From assembly GCA_964523265.1 (NCBI GenBank), contig CAZFXQ010000001.1, positions 1-56,603 of the forward strand: a DNA stretch of 56,603 nucleotides, given 5' to 3'. This DNA is from an uncultured Muribaculaceae bacterium (GTDB lineage: Bacteria > Bacillota_I > Bacilli_A > RF39 > UBA660). Shown in pieces: positions 37,162 to 47,371 of this stretch (the first letter of the stretch is position 1; every line of letters begins with the position of its first letter). A program made the position numbers and the translations under genes. The notes under the pieces are model-generated. The model ran no database searches. It was not told where the DNA came from and saw only the letters and a program-made list of their open reading frames with translations.

Positions 37162-37701
37162 ATGAGTCGTATAGGAAATAGAATACTTACTATACCTGAT
37201 GGTGTTACAGTATCAAATATTGATGATGTAATAACTGTTAAGGGCCCTAAAGGTGAATTATCATTAACTTTAGATAGCAATATAAATATAGAAATTTCTG
37301 AAAAGGAAATCAAAGTAAAAAGAAATAATGAGATAAAAAAAGCAAAACAAATGCATGGCACTACTAATGCTTTAATTGCTAATATGATGGAGGGTGTTAA
37401 AAACGGATATAGTAAAGCGCTTGAAATACTAGGTGTTGGTTATCGTTTCAATGTAAAGGGTAAAACGCTTGAAATAAGTGCTGGTTATTCGCACAAAGTA
37501 AACTTGGATATTCCAGAAGGTTTAACAGTTGAGCAAGTAAGTGCAACAGAAATAAATGTTAAAGGTATTGACAAAGAAGCAGTAGGAAAGTTTGCTGCAG
37601 AGATAAGAGAAGTTAGAAAACCAGAACCATATAAGGGTAAAGGAATTCGTTACAAGGCTGAATATATTCGCCGTAAAGAAGGAAAGAAAGCTTCTAAATA
37701 A
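37162..37701 (+). CDS. rplF: 50S ribosomal protein L6
   Basis: MSRIGNRILTIPDGV...PEPYKGKGIRY. Confidence 0.96.
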   Translation: MSRIGNRILTIPDGVTVSNIDDVITVKGPKGELSLTLDSNINIEISEKEIKVKRNNEIKKAKQMHGTTNALIANMMEGVKNGYSKALEILGVGYRFNVKGKTLEISAGYSHKVNLDIPEGLTVEQVSATEINVKGIDKEAVGKFAAEIREVRKPEPYKGKGIRYKAEYIRRKEGKKASK

Positions 37702-37723
37702 GTAAGAAAAGGAGATTATTACA

Positions 37724-38086
37724 ATGATTAAAAAAACATCACGTAATGAAGCTCGTAAAGCTAGACACGCTAGAATTAGAAATAAAATTAGTGGAACAGA
37801 TAAGTTACCAAGATTATGTGTATTTAGATCTTTAAAGAACATTAGCGTTCAAGTAATTGATGATGTTAAAGGTGTAACTTTAGTTAGTGCATCATCACTT
37901 GATAAGGAATTAAAGATTAAAAACGGTGGTAACATAGAAGCAAGTAAGCTTGTAGGAGCTTTAGTTGCAAAAAGATGCAAAAAAGCAAAAATAGATAAAG
38001 TAGTTTTTGATAGAGGCGGATACCTTTATCATGGACGTGTAAAAGCATTAGCAGATGCTGCACGTGAAAATGGATTAGAATTCTAA
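37724..38086 (+). CDS. rplR: 50S ribosomal protein L18
   Basis: [12 protein letters not shown]...[19 protein letters not shown]...[21 protein letters not shown]. Confidence 0.96.
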   Translation: MIKKTSRNEARKARHARIRNKISGTDKLPRLCVFRSLKNISVQVIDDVKGVTLVSASSLDKELKIKNGGNIEASKLVGALVAKRCKKAKIDKVVFDRGGYLYHGRVKALADAARENGLEF

Positions 38087-38099
38087 AGGAGGTAACAAA

Positions 38100-38609
38100 G
38101 TGGAAAGAAAAAATGTTAAACCACGTGAGAAGGAATATAATGAAACAGTTATTTCCGTAAATCGTGTTACAAAAGTTACTAAGGGTGGACGTAATCTTCG
38201 TTTCGCTGCAACAGTTGCTGTTGGAGATGGAAAAGGTAAAGTTGGCCTTGGAACTGGTAAAGCTAACGAAGTTCAAGACGCTATTAAAAAAGCAGTTTCT
38301 AGTGCAACTAAAAACATTATAACCATCGATTTAGTAGAAGATAGAACAGTTTCTCATGATGCTATTGGTACATCAGGAGCAGCAAAAGTATTAATTAAAC
38401 CTGCTAAAGCAGGTACTGGAATTATTGCTGGCGGTTCAGTACGTATGGTACTAGAACTTGCAGGAGTAAAAGATATTATTTCAAAATCACTTGGATCAAA
38501 TACAAAATTAAATACCGCAAGAGCTACTATGGATGCATTAAGGATGCAAAAGTCAGCTGCCCATATTGCTGAACTTAGAGGAAAAAGTGTAGAGGAGATT
38601 TTAGGATAA
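38100..38609 (+). CDS. rpsE: 30S ribosomal protein S5
   Basis: GTG start. [38 protein letters not shown] is present. Confidence 0.95.
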   Translation: MERKNVKPREKEYNETVISVNRVTKVTKGGRNLRFAATVAVGDGKGKVGLGTGKANEVQDAIKKAVSSATKNIITIDLVEDRTVSHDAIGTSGAAKVLIKPAKAGTGIIAGGSVRMVLELAGVKDIISKSLGSNTKLNTARATMDALRMQKSAAHIAELRGKSVEEILG

Positions 38610-39052
38610 TGAAATTAAATGAACTAAAATATAATGAAGGATCTAAAAAAGATATTAAAAGATTAGGTCGTGGTTCTAGTAGCGGTACTGGAAAAACAAG
38701 TGGTAAAGGACATAAAGGACAAAATGCTAGAAGTGGCGGAGGTGTAAGACCTGGTTTTGAAGGTGGTCAATTACCTTTATACAGAAGACTTCCAAAACGT
38801 GGGTTTTCTAATGCGTTATTCAAAAAAGAATATGCTGTAATTAATGTGTCTGATTTAAATAAATTTGATGATAATGCTACAGTTACTGCAGAACTTTTAG
38901 TTGAAATGGGAATTATTAAAAAGACTCTTTCTGGTATAAAGGTTTTAGGTAACGGAGAAATTACTAAGAAATTAACAGTTAAAGCACACGCTTTTTCTAA
39001 AACTGCAAAAGATAAAATTGAAGCTCAAGGTGGAAAAGTTGAGGTGATGTAA
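38609..39052 (+). CDS. rplO: 50S ribosomal protein L15
   Basis: [38 protein letters not shown] is present. The start overlaps the rpsE stop (TAATG), leaving no room for rpmD. Confidence 0.96.
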   Translation: MKLNELKYNEGSKKDIKRLGRGSSSGTGKTSGKGHKGQNARSGGGVRPGFEGGQLPLYRRLPKRGFSNALFKKEYAVINVSDLNKFDDNATVTAELLVEMGIIKKTLSGIKVLGNGEITKKLTVKAHAFSKTAKDKIEAQGGKVEVM

Positions 39053-39053
39053 T

Positions 39054-40322
39054 ATGATTAAAGGCCTTAAAGAAATCTTTTCTGCTAGAAATAAAGACTT
39101 AAAGAAAAAGATTTTATTTACCCTTTTAATATTATTTATCTATAAAATAGGAACTGGTATAAGAGTTCCTGGAACTGAAGATATTACAAAGGATTTAGGT
39201 TTTTTAGAGTTATTAAATGTAATGAGTGGAGATTCACTTAAAAAGTTTTCAATCTTTGCATTAGGTGTTACTCCATACATTAGTGCTTCAATCATAACTC
39301 AATTACTTCAGATGGATATAATTCCTTATTTTTCTAATTTAGCTAAGGAAGGACATTCAGGAAGAGTTAAGTTAAATAAAATTACTAGGTACTTAGGTAT
39401 ATTGCTTGCGTTTTTACAAGGTCTTGTTATGTCATTTTCATTTTTGGGAAGTGGAGCAACAGCTTTGGAATATTTAAGAGTATCTTTGATATTAACAGCA
39501 GGTACATGTTTACTTTTATGGTTAGGTGATCAAATATCAAGTAAGGGTGTTGGTAATGGTATATCAATGCTTATTATGGCAGGTATTTTAATTAGTACAC
39601 CTAACATGATGAAGGATGCTTTTTCAGCATTCGTGGTATCTGGTACTACTCAAGAAGTATCACTAGGGGTTGCAAAATTTGCTTTATTTGTACTACTTTA
39701 TATATCTATTATAGTAGGAGTAGTATTTATAGAAAAATCAGAAAGAAGAGTACCTATTCAGTATTCTAATAGAACGCAAAGTGCATATGGTGCTAAACAA
39801 ACATATATTCCGCTTAAACTTAATTCAGCTGGAGTTATGCCTGTTATCTTTGCATCAAGTTTGATTGCAATACCATCACTTATTGCAGCGTTTGTAAGAA
39901 AAGATTCGTTTTCATTATTTGTTAATAAGTATATTAACTATAATACTGTAACGGGATTTATACTATATATATTATTCATCATTTTATTTACTTATTTGTA
40001 TACTTTTATGGCAGGTTTAAGACCAAAAGATTTAGCAGATAACTTAAATAAACAAGGTGGATATGTACCAGGTATAAGACCAGGTAATGAAACCAAAAAA
40101 TACATTAGCAAAGTACTTTCTAGAACGACATTTTTAGGTGCGGTATTCTTAGTTATTATTGCAGGACTACCAATATTAGTATCTAATTTGAGTACACTTC
40201 CAACATCAGTTACTGTTGGTGGAACAGGACTTTTAATCGTTGTTGGTGTTGCACTTGAAACATACAATCAAATTGAAAGTACGCTTCAAGCTAGAAGATA
40301 TGAAAGGGGATACAAAAGATAG
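39054..40322 (+). CDS. secY: Preprotein translocase subunit SecY
   Basis: Ten-TM pattern, with LGVTPYISASIITQLL and SNRTQSAYGAKQTYIPLKLN. Confidence 0.96.
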   Translation: MIKGLKEIFSARNKDLKKKILFTLLILFIYKIGTGIRVPGTEDITKDLGFLELLNVMSGDSLKKFSIFALGVTPYISASIITQLLQMDIIPYFSNLAKEGHSGRVKLNKITRYLGILLAFLQGLVMSFSFLGSGATALEYLRVSLILTAGTCLLLWLGDQISSKGVGNGISMLIMAGILISTPNMMKDAFSAFVVSGTTQEVSLGVAKFALFVLLYISIIVGVVFIEKSERRVPIQYSNRTQSAYGAKQTYIPLKLNSAGVMPVIFASSLIAIPSLIAAFVRKDSFSLFVNKYINYNTVTGFILYILFIILFTYLYTFMAGLRPKDLADNLNKQGGYVPGIRPGNETKKYISKVLSRTTFLGAVFLVIIAGLPILVSNLSTLPTSVTVGGTGLLIVVGVALETYNQIESTLQARRYERGYKR

Positions 40323-40960
40323 TGAAAAATATCGTTTTATATGCACCTCCTGCAGCAGGTAAAGGTACAGAGTGTGAATATTTAAGAAAAGAGTATGGTT
40401 ATGAAATATTATCAATAGGACAAGTTCTTAGAAATAATAGATCTATGGATACAGAAATAGGAAGAAAAATAATTGAAACGCAAGATAAAGGAATATTAAC
40501 ACCTGATGATATTGTTGCAGAAGCATTAAAAAATGAATTAAAGAAGCTAGATGGAAAATCTATAATTGTAGATGGTTATCCAAGAAATATAAATCAAGCT
40601 AAATTACTTGATACAGTATTAGATAATTACATTGTAATTAATTTATATGTAGATAGACAAATAGCAATGAAAAGAACACTTGGTAGATTAAGTTGTCCAA
40701 AGTGTGGAAAAATATATAATTTATATTTCGAAGATATGAAACCTTCAAGAGAAGGTATTTGTGATGTTTGTGGGGAAAGATTAGAAGGAAGATCTGATGA
40801 TAATGAAAATTCATTTAATGTAAGATTTGATGTTTATGAAGAAAATGAGCCACAAATAATAAACTATTATGAAGATAAAGGTATTTTGTATAGAATAAAT
40901 GGTGGACTTGGAAAAGAAAACACGCATAAAGAAGTACAAAGTATATTAAACGAAGGCTAA
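40322..40960 (+). CDS. adk: Adenylate kinase (zinc-lid type) with atypical P-loop
   Basis: GTG start. The P-loop is APPAAGKGTE, the lid is CPKCGKIYN...CDVCGERL, and VDGYPRN is present. The gene occupies the conserved secY-adk-map slot. Confidence 0.9.
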   Translation: MKNIVLYAPPAAGKGTECEYLRKEYGYEILSIGQVLRNNRSMDTEIGRKIIETQDKGILTPDDIVAEALKNELKKLDGKSIIVDGYPRNINQAKLLDTVLDNYIVINLYVDRQIAMKRTLGRLSCPKCGKIYNLYFEDMKPSREGICDVCGERLEGRSDDNENSFNVRFDVYEENEPQIINYYEDKGILYRINGGLGKENTHKEVQSILNEG

Positions 40961-40961
40961 A

Positions 40962-41708
40962 ATGATAAGTATAAAATCAGAAAGGGAGCAAGAGTTACTT
41001 AAAGTAGCGGGTCGTGTTGTTTATGAAACACACCAGCACTTAAGACCATTGGTTAAACCAGGCGTTAGTTTGCTTGAACTTGATAAAGAAGGAGAAAAAT
41101 TTATTAGGAGTAAAAGTTGCACCCCATCCTTTAAAGGTTATGAAGGATTTCCTAACGCTCTTTGCATTTCTGTTAATGAAGAAGTTGTTCACGGTATACC
41201 ATCAAATAGAAAATTAAAAGATGGAGATATTGTTTCAATTGATATTGGGGCATGTTATAAAGGATATCATGGTGATTCGGCTTGGACATATGAAGTTGGA
41301 AATGTAAGTAAAGAAAAAAAATACCTAATGGAGCATACTAAAGAAGCTTTGTATTGTGGTATTAAAATGGTTAAACCAGGTAATAGAATTGGTGATATTG
41401 GTTATGCTGTTGAAAAGTATGCTAATGAACATAATCTTGGAATTGTAAGAGAATTATGTGGTCATGGCGTTGGCACTAATGTTCACGAAGATCCAGATGT
41501 TCCAAATTATGGAAAGAAAGGCACTGGAATAATATTAAAAGAAGGTATGGTAATTGCAATAGAACCAATGCTTAATTTAGGTAGTGATGATATCTATGTA
41601 GAGAATAATGATTGGACTATTGTAACTGTCGATAATAAACCATCAGCTCATTTTGAGCATACAGTTTTAGTAACTAAAGATGGTTATGAGATTTTAACGG
41701 GAGAGTGA
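40962..41708 (+). CDS. map: Type I methionine aminopeptidase
   Basis: Metal-ligand contexts are present: VVHGIP, DIVSIDIG, YHGDSAWT, GHGVG, IEPM, and FEHTVLVT. Confidence 0.95.
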   Translation: MISIKSEREQELLKVAGRVVYETHQHLRPLVKPGVSLLELDKEGEKFIRSKSCTPSFKGYEGFPNALCISVNEEVVHGIPSNRKLKDGDIVSIDIGACYKGYHGDSAWTYEVGNVSKEKKYLMEHTKEALYCGIKMVKPGNRIGDIGYAVEKYANEHNLGIVRELCGHGVGTNVHEDPDVPNYGKKGTGIILKEGMVIAIEPMLNLGSDDIYVENNDWTIVTVDNKPSAHFEHTVLVTKDGYEILTGE

Positions 41709-41715
41709 TTAAATA

Positions 41716-41931
41716 GTGGCTAAAGAAGATGTAATTGAAGTTGAAGGTAAGGTTGTTGAGCTTTTAAAAGGCGGAGACTTTAAAGTACAACTTACAAATG
41801 GACATACTGTAGAAGCTCGCGTTTCTGGTAAAATGCGAATGAATAAGATTCGTATCTTACCAGGTGATACAGTTGTTCTTGAAATATCACCATATGATTT
41901 AACACGTGGGCGAATAACCTATAGAAAATGA
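41716..41931 (+). CDS. infA: Translation initiation factor IF-1
   Basis: GTG start. [15 protein letters not shown]...[31 protein letters not shown] is present. Confidence 0.95.
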   Translation: MAKEDVIEVEGKVVELLKGGDFKVQLTNGHTVEARVSGKMRMNKIRILPGDTVVLEISPYDLTRGRITYRK

Positions 41932-41946
41932 TAGGAGGAAGAAAAG

Positions 41947-42060
41947 ATGAAAGTTAGACCATCAGTAAAGAAAATTTGTGATAAATGTAAAATAATTAAA
42001 CGTAATGGGAAAGTAATGGTTATCTGTGAAAACCCAAAACATAAGCAAAGACAAGGCTAA
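41947..42060 (+). CDS. rpmJ: 50S ribosomal protein L36 (not in the supplied ORF track because it is under 60 aa)
   Basis: My own translation gives [37 protein letters not shown]. The RBS TAGGAGGAAG lies upstream. The gene occupies the conserved infA-rpmJ-rpsM slot. Confidence 0.93.
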   Translation: MKVRPSVKKICDKCKIIKRNGKVMVICENPKHKQRQG

Positions 42061-42074
42061 TAGGAGGAGTTAAA

Positions 42075-42440
42075 ATGGCACGTATAAAAAACGTTGATCT
42101 ACCAGATAATAAAAGAGTTGAAATTGCTTTAACTTATATTCATGGTATTGGTAGAAAATTATCAAGATCAATTTTAACTAAATTAAATATAAATCTTGAT
42201 ACTAAAACTAAAGATTTAACTGAAAAAGAAATTTCTGATATTCGTAAAGAATTAGATAATCACTTACTTGAAGGTGATTTAAGAAGAGAAGTTTCAATGA
42301 ATATTAAAACTAAAATGGAAATCGGTTCTTATCAAGGATTACGTCATCGTAAAGGTTTACCTGTAAGAGGTCAATCTACAAGAAGTAATGCTAAAACTCG
42401 TAAGGGTCGTGGTAAGACTGTTGCTAATAAGAAGAAGTAG
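42075..42440 (+). CDS. rpsM: 30S ribosomal protein S13
   Basis: [24 protein letters not shown]...[15 protein letters not shown]. Confidence 0.96.
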   Translation: MARIKNVDLPDNKRVEIALTYIHGIGRKLSRSILTKLNINLDTKTKDLTEKEISDIRKELDNHLLEGDLRREVSMNIKTKMEIGSYQGLRHRKGLPVRGQSTRSNAKTRKGRGKTVANKKK

Positions 42441-42457
42441 GAAAAGAGGCGAATAAA

Positions 42458-42841
42458 ATGGCTTACAAATCAAGAAAACGTAAGGTTAAAAAGAATATAC
42501 CTGAAGGTCAAGCTCACATTTATTCAACATTTAATAACACAATTGTATCGATAACAGATAAGTTGGGGAATGTTGTATCATGGGCATCAAGTGGAACTTC
42601 AGGATTTAAAGGAAGTAAGAAGAAAACTCCATTTGCAGCTGGTATAAGTGCTGAGGCAGCTGGTAAAGCAGCATATGATTCTGGTATGAGAAAAGTAGAA
42701 GTATTTGTAAAAGGACTTGGTGCAGGTAGAGAAACTGCAATTAGATCTTTGCAAACAGCAGGACTTGAAATACTTTCAATAACTGATGTTACACCAGTAC
42801 CACATAATGGTTGTCGTCCACCAAAACGTCCACGTGGATAA
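42458..42841 (+). CDS. rpsK: 30S ribosomal protein S11
   Basis: [17 protein letters not shown]...WASSG..GFKGSKK.TPFAA...[15 protein letters not shown]. Confidence 0.96.
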   Translation: MAYKSRKRKVKKNIPEGQAHIYSTFNNTIVSITDKLGNVVSWASSGTSGFKGSKKKTPFAAGISAEAAGKAAYDSGMRKVEVFVKGLGAGRETAIRSLQTAGLEILSITDVTPVPHNGCRPPKRPRG

Positions 42842-42865
42842 TATAATAAAAAGGAGTGATTTCAA

Positions 42866-43816
42866 ATGATAAAATTTGAAAAACCAATATTCAAAGTTGC
42901 TGAATATATCGAAAGTAAAAATTATGGTAAATTCGAAGTAGAACCTTTAGAAAGAGGGTTCGGTACAACACTTGGAAATGCTTTAAGAAGAGTAATGTTA
43001 TCATCATTACCTGGAGATGCAATTACTAGTGTTCACATCGATGGTGTTCTTCATGAATTTCAAACAATTGATGGAGTTGTTGAAGACGTAACAGGAATAA
43101 TTCTAAATTTAAAGAATGTAGTTGTTAAGAACTATACAGATGAAGTTAAAACTTTAAAGTTAAATGTTAATAAAGAAGGAATTGTAACTGCAGCTGATAT
43201 AGATAAAGATGCTGATATAGAAATAGTAAATCCAGAACAAGAAATAGCTACTTTAGTTAAAGGTGGAAAATTAAACATGGAAATGACTGTGTCTAACGGT
43301 CGTGGATATGTAAGGGCAGAAGCTAATAAGAAATTGTTAGATAATATGAAATTAAATACAATCGCAATGGATTCTAATTTCTCACCAATTGAAAGAGTAA
43401 ATTATGAAGTAGAAGGTGCACGTGTAGGTCAAGATGATACATATGACAAATTAACTTTAGAAGTATGGACAAATGGTTCTATGAAGCCAGAAGAGGCTGT
43501 AGCATTAGCATCTAGAATATTAATTGAACATTTTGAAATACTAACTGAATTAAATGAAATAGCAGATGAAACAGGATTAATGAAACAAAATGTTGATGAT
43601 ACAAAAACTAAAGTACTTGAAATGTCAATTGATGAATTAGAATTTTCTGTAAGAGCATATAACTGCTTAAAAAGAGCTAATATAAATACACTTCAAGATT
43701 TAACTCAAAAAAGTGAAAATGAAATGATGAAAATACGTAATTTAGGTAAAAAGTCATTAAAAGAAGTTATTGATAAAGTAAAAGAAATGGGATTCTCATT
43801 TAGAAACGAAGATTAA
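42866..43816 (+). CDS. rpoA: DNA-directed RNA polymerase alpha subunit
   Basis: [25 protein letters not shown] is present, along with the C-terminal domain [24 protein letters not shown]. Confidence 0.96.
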   Translation: MIKFEKPIFKVAEYIESKNYGKFEVEPLERGFGTTLGNALRRVMLSSLPGDAITSVHIDGVLHEFQTIDGVVEDVTGIILNLKNVVVKNYTDEVKTLKLNVNKEGIVTAADIDKDADIEIVNPEQEIATLVKGGKLNMEMTVSNGRGYVRAEANKKLLDNMKLNTIAMDSNFSPIERVNYEVEGARVGQDDTYDKLTLEVWTNGSMKPEEAVALASRILIEHFEILTELNEIADETGLMKQNVDDTKTKVLEMSIDELEFSVRAYNCLKRANINTLQDLTQKSENEMMKIRNLGKKSLKEVIDKVKEMGFSFRNED

Positions 43817-43836
43817 TAGTAAAGGAGGATTTAAAT

Positions 43837-44178
43837 ATGGCATATAGAAAATTAGGTCGCACTAATAAACACAGAAGAGCAATGCTTAGTAATTTAACTA
43901 GATACCTAATTAAGAATGAAAAAATAGAAACTACTGAAACCCGCGCTAAAGAAGTACGTAAGTGCTTTGATAAAATGGTTTCATATGGTAAAAATGGAAG
44001 TTTAGTTGCAAGACGTAATGCACTAGCATTTTTAGAAAATGATAATGAGGCTGTAAAAAAAGTGTTTGATGACTTAGCAAAAAGATATGAAAATAGAAAT
44101 GGTGGATACACTAGAATACTAAAATTACAAGAAAGAAAGGGCGATGATGCTCTTATGGTAATACTTGAATTAGTATAG
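43837..44178 (+). CDS. rplQ: 50S ribosomal protein L17
   Basis: [20 protein letters not shown]...[11 protein letters not shown]...GGYTRILKL. Confidence 0.96.
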   Translation: MAYRKLGRTNKHRRAMLSNLTRYLIKNEKIETTETRAKEVRKCFDKMVSYGKNGSLVARRNALAFLENDNEAVKKVFDDLAKRYENRNGGYTRILKLQERKGDDALMVILELV

Positions 44179-44185
44179 TAAAAAT

Positions 44186-44208
44186 ACTCCTTATTTAGGA
44201 GTCTTTTT
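44186..44208 (+). terminator. Rho-independent terminator of the alpha operon
   Basis: ACTCCT (44186-44191) pairs with AGGAGT (44197-44202), followed by CTTTTTT. Confidence 0.7.
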
Positions 44209-44330
44209 TATTATATTTATTTAAACACCAGGAATTGTTGTACTAAATACATATTTACATATACTATAAATAATTATTGACTTAGCTAGTAAGTTAGTGA
44301 TACTGTATATGGTAAGAAAGGAAGAAAAAT

Positions 44331-44774
44331 ATGGAAGAAAAGAAAGAATATTTAAATGAAGAAGAGTATCAAAAGAATAATGTCAAGGTAAAAAAAGCTG
44401 GAAAGATAGTAATCATTGTAGGACTATCTATGTTAGTAGTAGGAATTATACTTATAATAATAGGAGTTTTAGGAATAGGTACAGAAGCAACTAATAGTTT
44501 AGAATCAGAAGTAAAACCAATAGGTATACTTTTAGGTTTTGGTGGATTTGCAGTTGGAGGTACATTAACAACAACTGGTATATTTGTAACGGTTGTTGGG
44601 TTAATGATTAGATTTCTAATTGGTAATAAAAGGGAAATAACTGCATATACTACACAACAAGTTATGCCAGTTGCAAAAGAAGGTATAGAAAAAATGGCAC
44701 CAACAGCTGGTAAGGTAGCTAAAGAAGTAGCTAAAGGTATTAAAGAAGGGATAAATGAAGCTGATAAAAAGTAG
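44331..44774 (+). CDS. Small two-TM membrane protein, paralog 1 (147 aa)
   Basis: Charged N-terminus, two hydrophobic helices, and a conserved tail REITAYTTQQVMPVAKEGIEKMAPTAGKVAKEVAKGIKEGINEADKK that is shared with the next gene. Confidence 0.65.
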   Translation: MEEKKEYLNEEEYQKNNVKVKKAGKIVIIVGLSMLVVGIILIIIGVLGIGTEATNSLESEVKPIGILLGFGGFAVGGTLTTTGIFVTVVGLMIRFLIGNKREITAYTTQQVMPVAKEGIEKMAPTAGKVAKEVAKGIKEGINEADKK

Positions 44775-44794
44775 TTATTAGCAATGGGTGAATT

Positions 44795-45184
44795 ATGAAT
44801 AATAAAGAATCAAAAGAATATTTAAGTGAGGAAAAATTTCAAGAGACAAACAAAAAAGTTAATAAAACCGGTACCATTTTAGTAGTATTAGGATTAGTAA
44901 TGACTATTTCATCAATAGTGTGGATGATTATTGGATTAAATGTGTTACATACCCAGTATGCAGCTATAGGGGGACCACTTTTAATACTTGGTCTTGCTTT
45001 ATTAGCTTTTGGTGGACAGTTAAAATTTATTGGACATGGGAGAGAAATAAATGCATATATGGCTCAACAACAAATGCCTGTTGTTAAAGAAGGTGCAGAG
45101 AAGTTAGCACCCACTGCAGGTAAAGTAGCTAAAGAAATAACTAAGGGTGTTAAAGAAGGAATAGATGAAGTAGATAACAAATAA
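44795..45184 (+). CDS. Small two-TM membrane protein, paralog 2 (129 aa)
   Basis: The tail REINAYMAQQQMPVVKEGAEKLAPTAGKVAKEITKGVKEGIDEVDNK is nearly identical in pattern to paralog 1. The architecture is the same. Confidence 0.65.
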   Translation: MNNKESKEYLSEEKFQETNKKVNKTGTILVVLGLVMTISSIVWMIIGLNVLHTQYAAIGGPLLILGLALLAFGGQLKFIGHGREINAYMAQQQMPVVKEGAEKLAPTAGKVAKEITKGVKEGIDEVDNK

Positions 45185-45215
45185 AAAAGAATTCATTTAA
45201 GAATTCTTTTTTTTT
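45185..45215. terminator. Bidirectional hairpin terminator between convergent genes
   Basis: AAAAGAATTC (45185-45194) pairs with GAATTCTTTT (45201-45210). A-runs and T-runs flank it on both sides. Confidence 0.65.
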
Positions 45216-45269
45216 AAATTGTAATTTCAACCACACCACTTTAACTATAAATTAATTTATATATACAAA

Positions 45270-47369
45270 CTATTTTTTTGTTATATTGAAATAAACAGAG
45301 GTAGAATTTGATTTGTTACCTGCTACATCCTTAATATTACCATCATATACTAACTCTGGTGTTAAATAAGATGGGACTCTATTTGCACTAACATAAACAT
45401 CAATTATTACTTTATTATTCGTTTTACTTACTAAATTAGCACTTTCAATTGATATGCTTGGTGATAAACCAACATTTTTTCTAGAAAAATAATTTTTACT
45501 TATTTTAATATCATTATCAAATCCAGAAATACTATCATTACATGTTAATGTTACTTTAACTGTTTTTGAGTTATACGTTAATAGTTTTTTTGTTAAAGTT
45601 ACGTTGATATTTGAATTATTGAATCTACAACTTGGCTTTTCCAAATCTGATGTAATAGATATTACTTTTGAATCAACATAGTTTTCATGATCAGTAATTT
45701 TTCCGTTATCAATTACTGAATATGTTCCATCACTATTTTTTGTTGTTATTTTACTATTATAATTATCATTATAATAAGATCTTACGAAATAATACTTTTT
45801 CTTGTTATTAAGTTCAATATTAGTGGTATTAACTTTACTTTTTGTAGGCTTTTCAATAGCAGCTTCAACTCTAGGTTCATCATTATTTTTAGTATAGAAT
45901 TCATTTATATGAATAATTTTGCATGATGTTTTGTTTTCATTATTACATTCATACCATTCATATTTTCTAGCACATGCATTATATGTCATAGCGCGTAGTG
46001 TGGTACTTACTTTTTTGTTACTAACAATATCATCCATTGAAACATCACTATTTAAACTTTTTATATAGTTTGCTTGCGTTGAAAGAAGCCATGGTGTTTC
46101 TTCGACAATTTTTACATCAGGATTTTCGTTTCCATCAAGTAAGCATGCAAATTCATCAGCTTCATGAGTTAAATTTAAATAACCAATAACTGAATTCATA
46201 TCATAATAATTGTAGGTACTTATGATATCTTCTTTAATATGGTCATTGTAAAAATCTTGTAAGTTAGTAAATGTATAATTACTATTTTTTAATCCTGATT
46301 TTATTACATTATTTACTATTATTGATTCTTTTTCTAAATTTATTAATGACTCAATCCCATTCATTATATTTAGTTTACTTAAAAATTTGTAATTCTTTTT
46401 GTGATATGATGCTGAATCGAACGCAGCATCTATTTGTCTTATTTCACCAAATTTTAATCCTAACGAACTAACAATGTCACCTTTTACTATATAATTAACG
46501 AGTTTTGATTCATTATACTCATTCTTATCCATATTTAGTAGTATTCTTATTTTTTCATTTTGTACTGTTATCTGACTATCACTATAATTAAACAATAATC
46601 CCATTCCATTAAAACTAACAGCCTGTACAAAATTAATATCTTTGTATTCAGAAAAATCATTGCTATTGCTTAAGTATTTATTGATATCATATTTTCTTTT
46701 GCTCAAATTAAATCCTTGCCAATCAGTTTTATTGTTTTGTCCGTTTTCTTTGGCTTTTTCGAGTGTTGCTGCACCTATTTGTGATAAATATCCACCCAAA
46801 GAATGACCTGTTAAATAAATGTTGTGATCATGATATTTTTTTGCTTGTTTTAAAGCATACTCTTCTGCTAGGCTTTCTTGAGCGTGAATATCATCTCGAG
46901 CGTATGATAAATGCTGTATCCATTCTAATAAATCCGAAAAATCAGTTCCTCTAAATACAATTATAATGTTATTACCTTTTTCTAGTGTATAAGCGGTAAA
47001 AAGGGCGCTTAGGTTTGCAATACTCGATTTTTTTTCTGTGTAATCTACTATGTTCCAACCATCCATTTCACTTGTTGTTGCGTAGTTATGCAAATTAACA
47101 TATTGGTTAAATTGATCTATAATAATACTTCGGTTACTAAAATAGCATGGCTTGTTTTTTTGAACAGAAAGTTTGCACGATGCTGGAATTGGCATATAAG
47201 ATAATCCGCTTGCTATTGCAAGTGTCCTATAGCTAACTTTATTACTAACGTTGTTTTCTTTGCTGAAATTTTTAATCTTTGTTGAAACCTTTATATCATT
47301 AGTATTAAAAAATAAAACTAGCAGAGTAAAAACTAATAATGTAATACATATTAAACTTCTTTTTTTCAT
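45270..47369 (-). CDS. Secreted alpha/beta-hydrolase, lipase class 3 / Mbeg1-like, with long C-terminal Ig-like region (699 aa)
   Basis: - Signal peptide MKKRSLICITLLVFTLLVLFF.
- IIIVFRGTDFSDLLEWIQHL, and the nucleophile elbow YLTGHSLGGYLSQ encoded at 46794-46808.
- Candidate acid residue in IVKGDIVSSLG.
- The C-terminal ~250 aa are beta-rich and end with an Ig-like ..DVAGN.. motif.
- Its RBS GAGGAG lies inside the last codons of the upstream pilin gene. Confidence 0.75.
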   Translation of the reverse strand: MKKRSLICITLLVFTLLVLFFNTNDIKVSTKIKNFSKENNVSNKVSYRTLAIASGLSYMPIPASCKLSVQKNKPCYFSNRSIIIDQFNQYVNLHNYATTSEMDGWNIVDYTEKKSSIANLSALFTAYTLEKGNNIIIVFRGTDFSDLLEWIQHLSYARDDIHAQESLAEEYALKQAKKYHDHNIYLTGHSLGGYLSQIGAATLEKAKENGQNNKTDWQGFNLSKRKYDINKYLSNSNDFSEYKDINFVQAVSFNGMGLLFNYSDSQITVQNEKIRILLNMDKNEYNESKLVNYIVKGDIVSSLGLKFGEIRQIDAAFDSASYHKKNYKFLSKLNIMNGIESLINLEKESIIVNNVIKSGLKNSNYTFTNLQDFYNDHIKEDIISTYNYYDMNSVIGYLNLTHEADEFACLLDGNENPDVKIVEETPWLLSTQANYIKSLNSDVSMDDIVSNKKVSTTLRAMTYNACARKYEWYECNNENKTSCKIIHINEFYTKNNDEPRVEAAIEKPTKSKVNTTNIELNNKKKYYFVRSYYNDNYNSKITTKNSDGTYSVIDNGKITDHENYVDSKVISITSDLEKPSCRFNNSNINVTLTKKLLTYNSKTVKVTLTCNDSISGFDNDIKISKNYFSRKNVGLSPSISIESANLVSKTNNKVIIDVYVSANRVPSYLTPELVYDGNIKDVAGNKSNSTSVYFNITKK

Positions 47370-47371
47370 CT

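Noticed and set aside
37522-38276. Two minus-strand ORFs (37522-37842 and 37917-38276) antisense to rplF, rplR and rpsE.
   Set aside because: The reasoning is the same: they overlap conserved r-protein genes and have no start context or recognisable motifs.
43800-44111. A 103-aa minus-strand ORF antisense to rplQ.
   Set aside because: It is an antisense artefact within a conserved gene.
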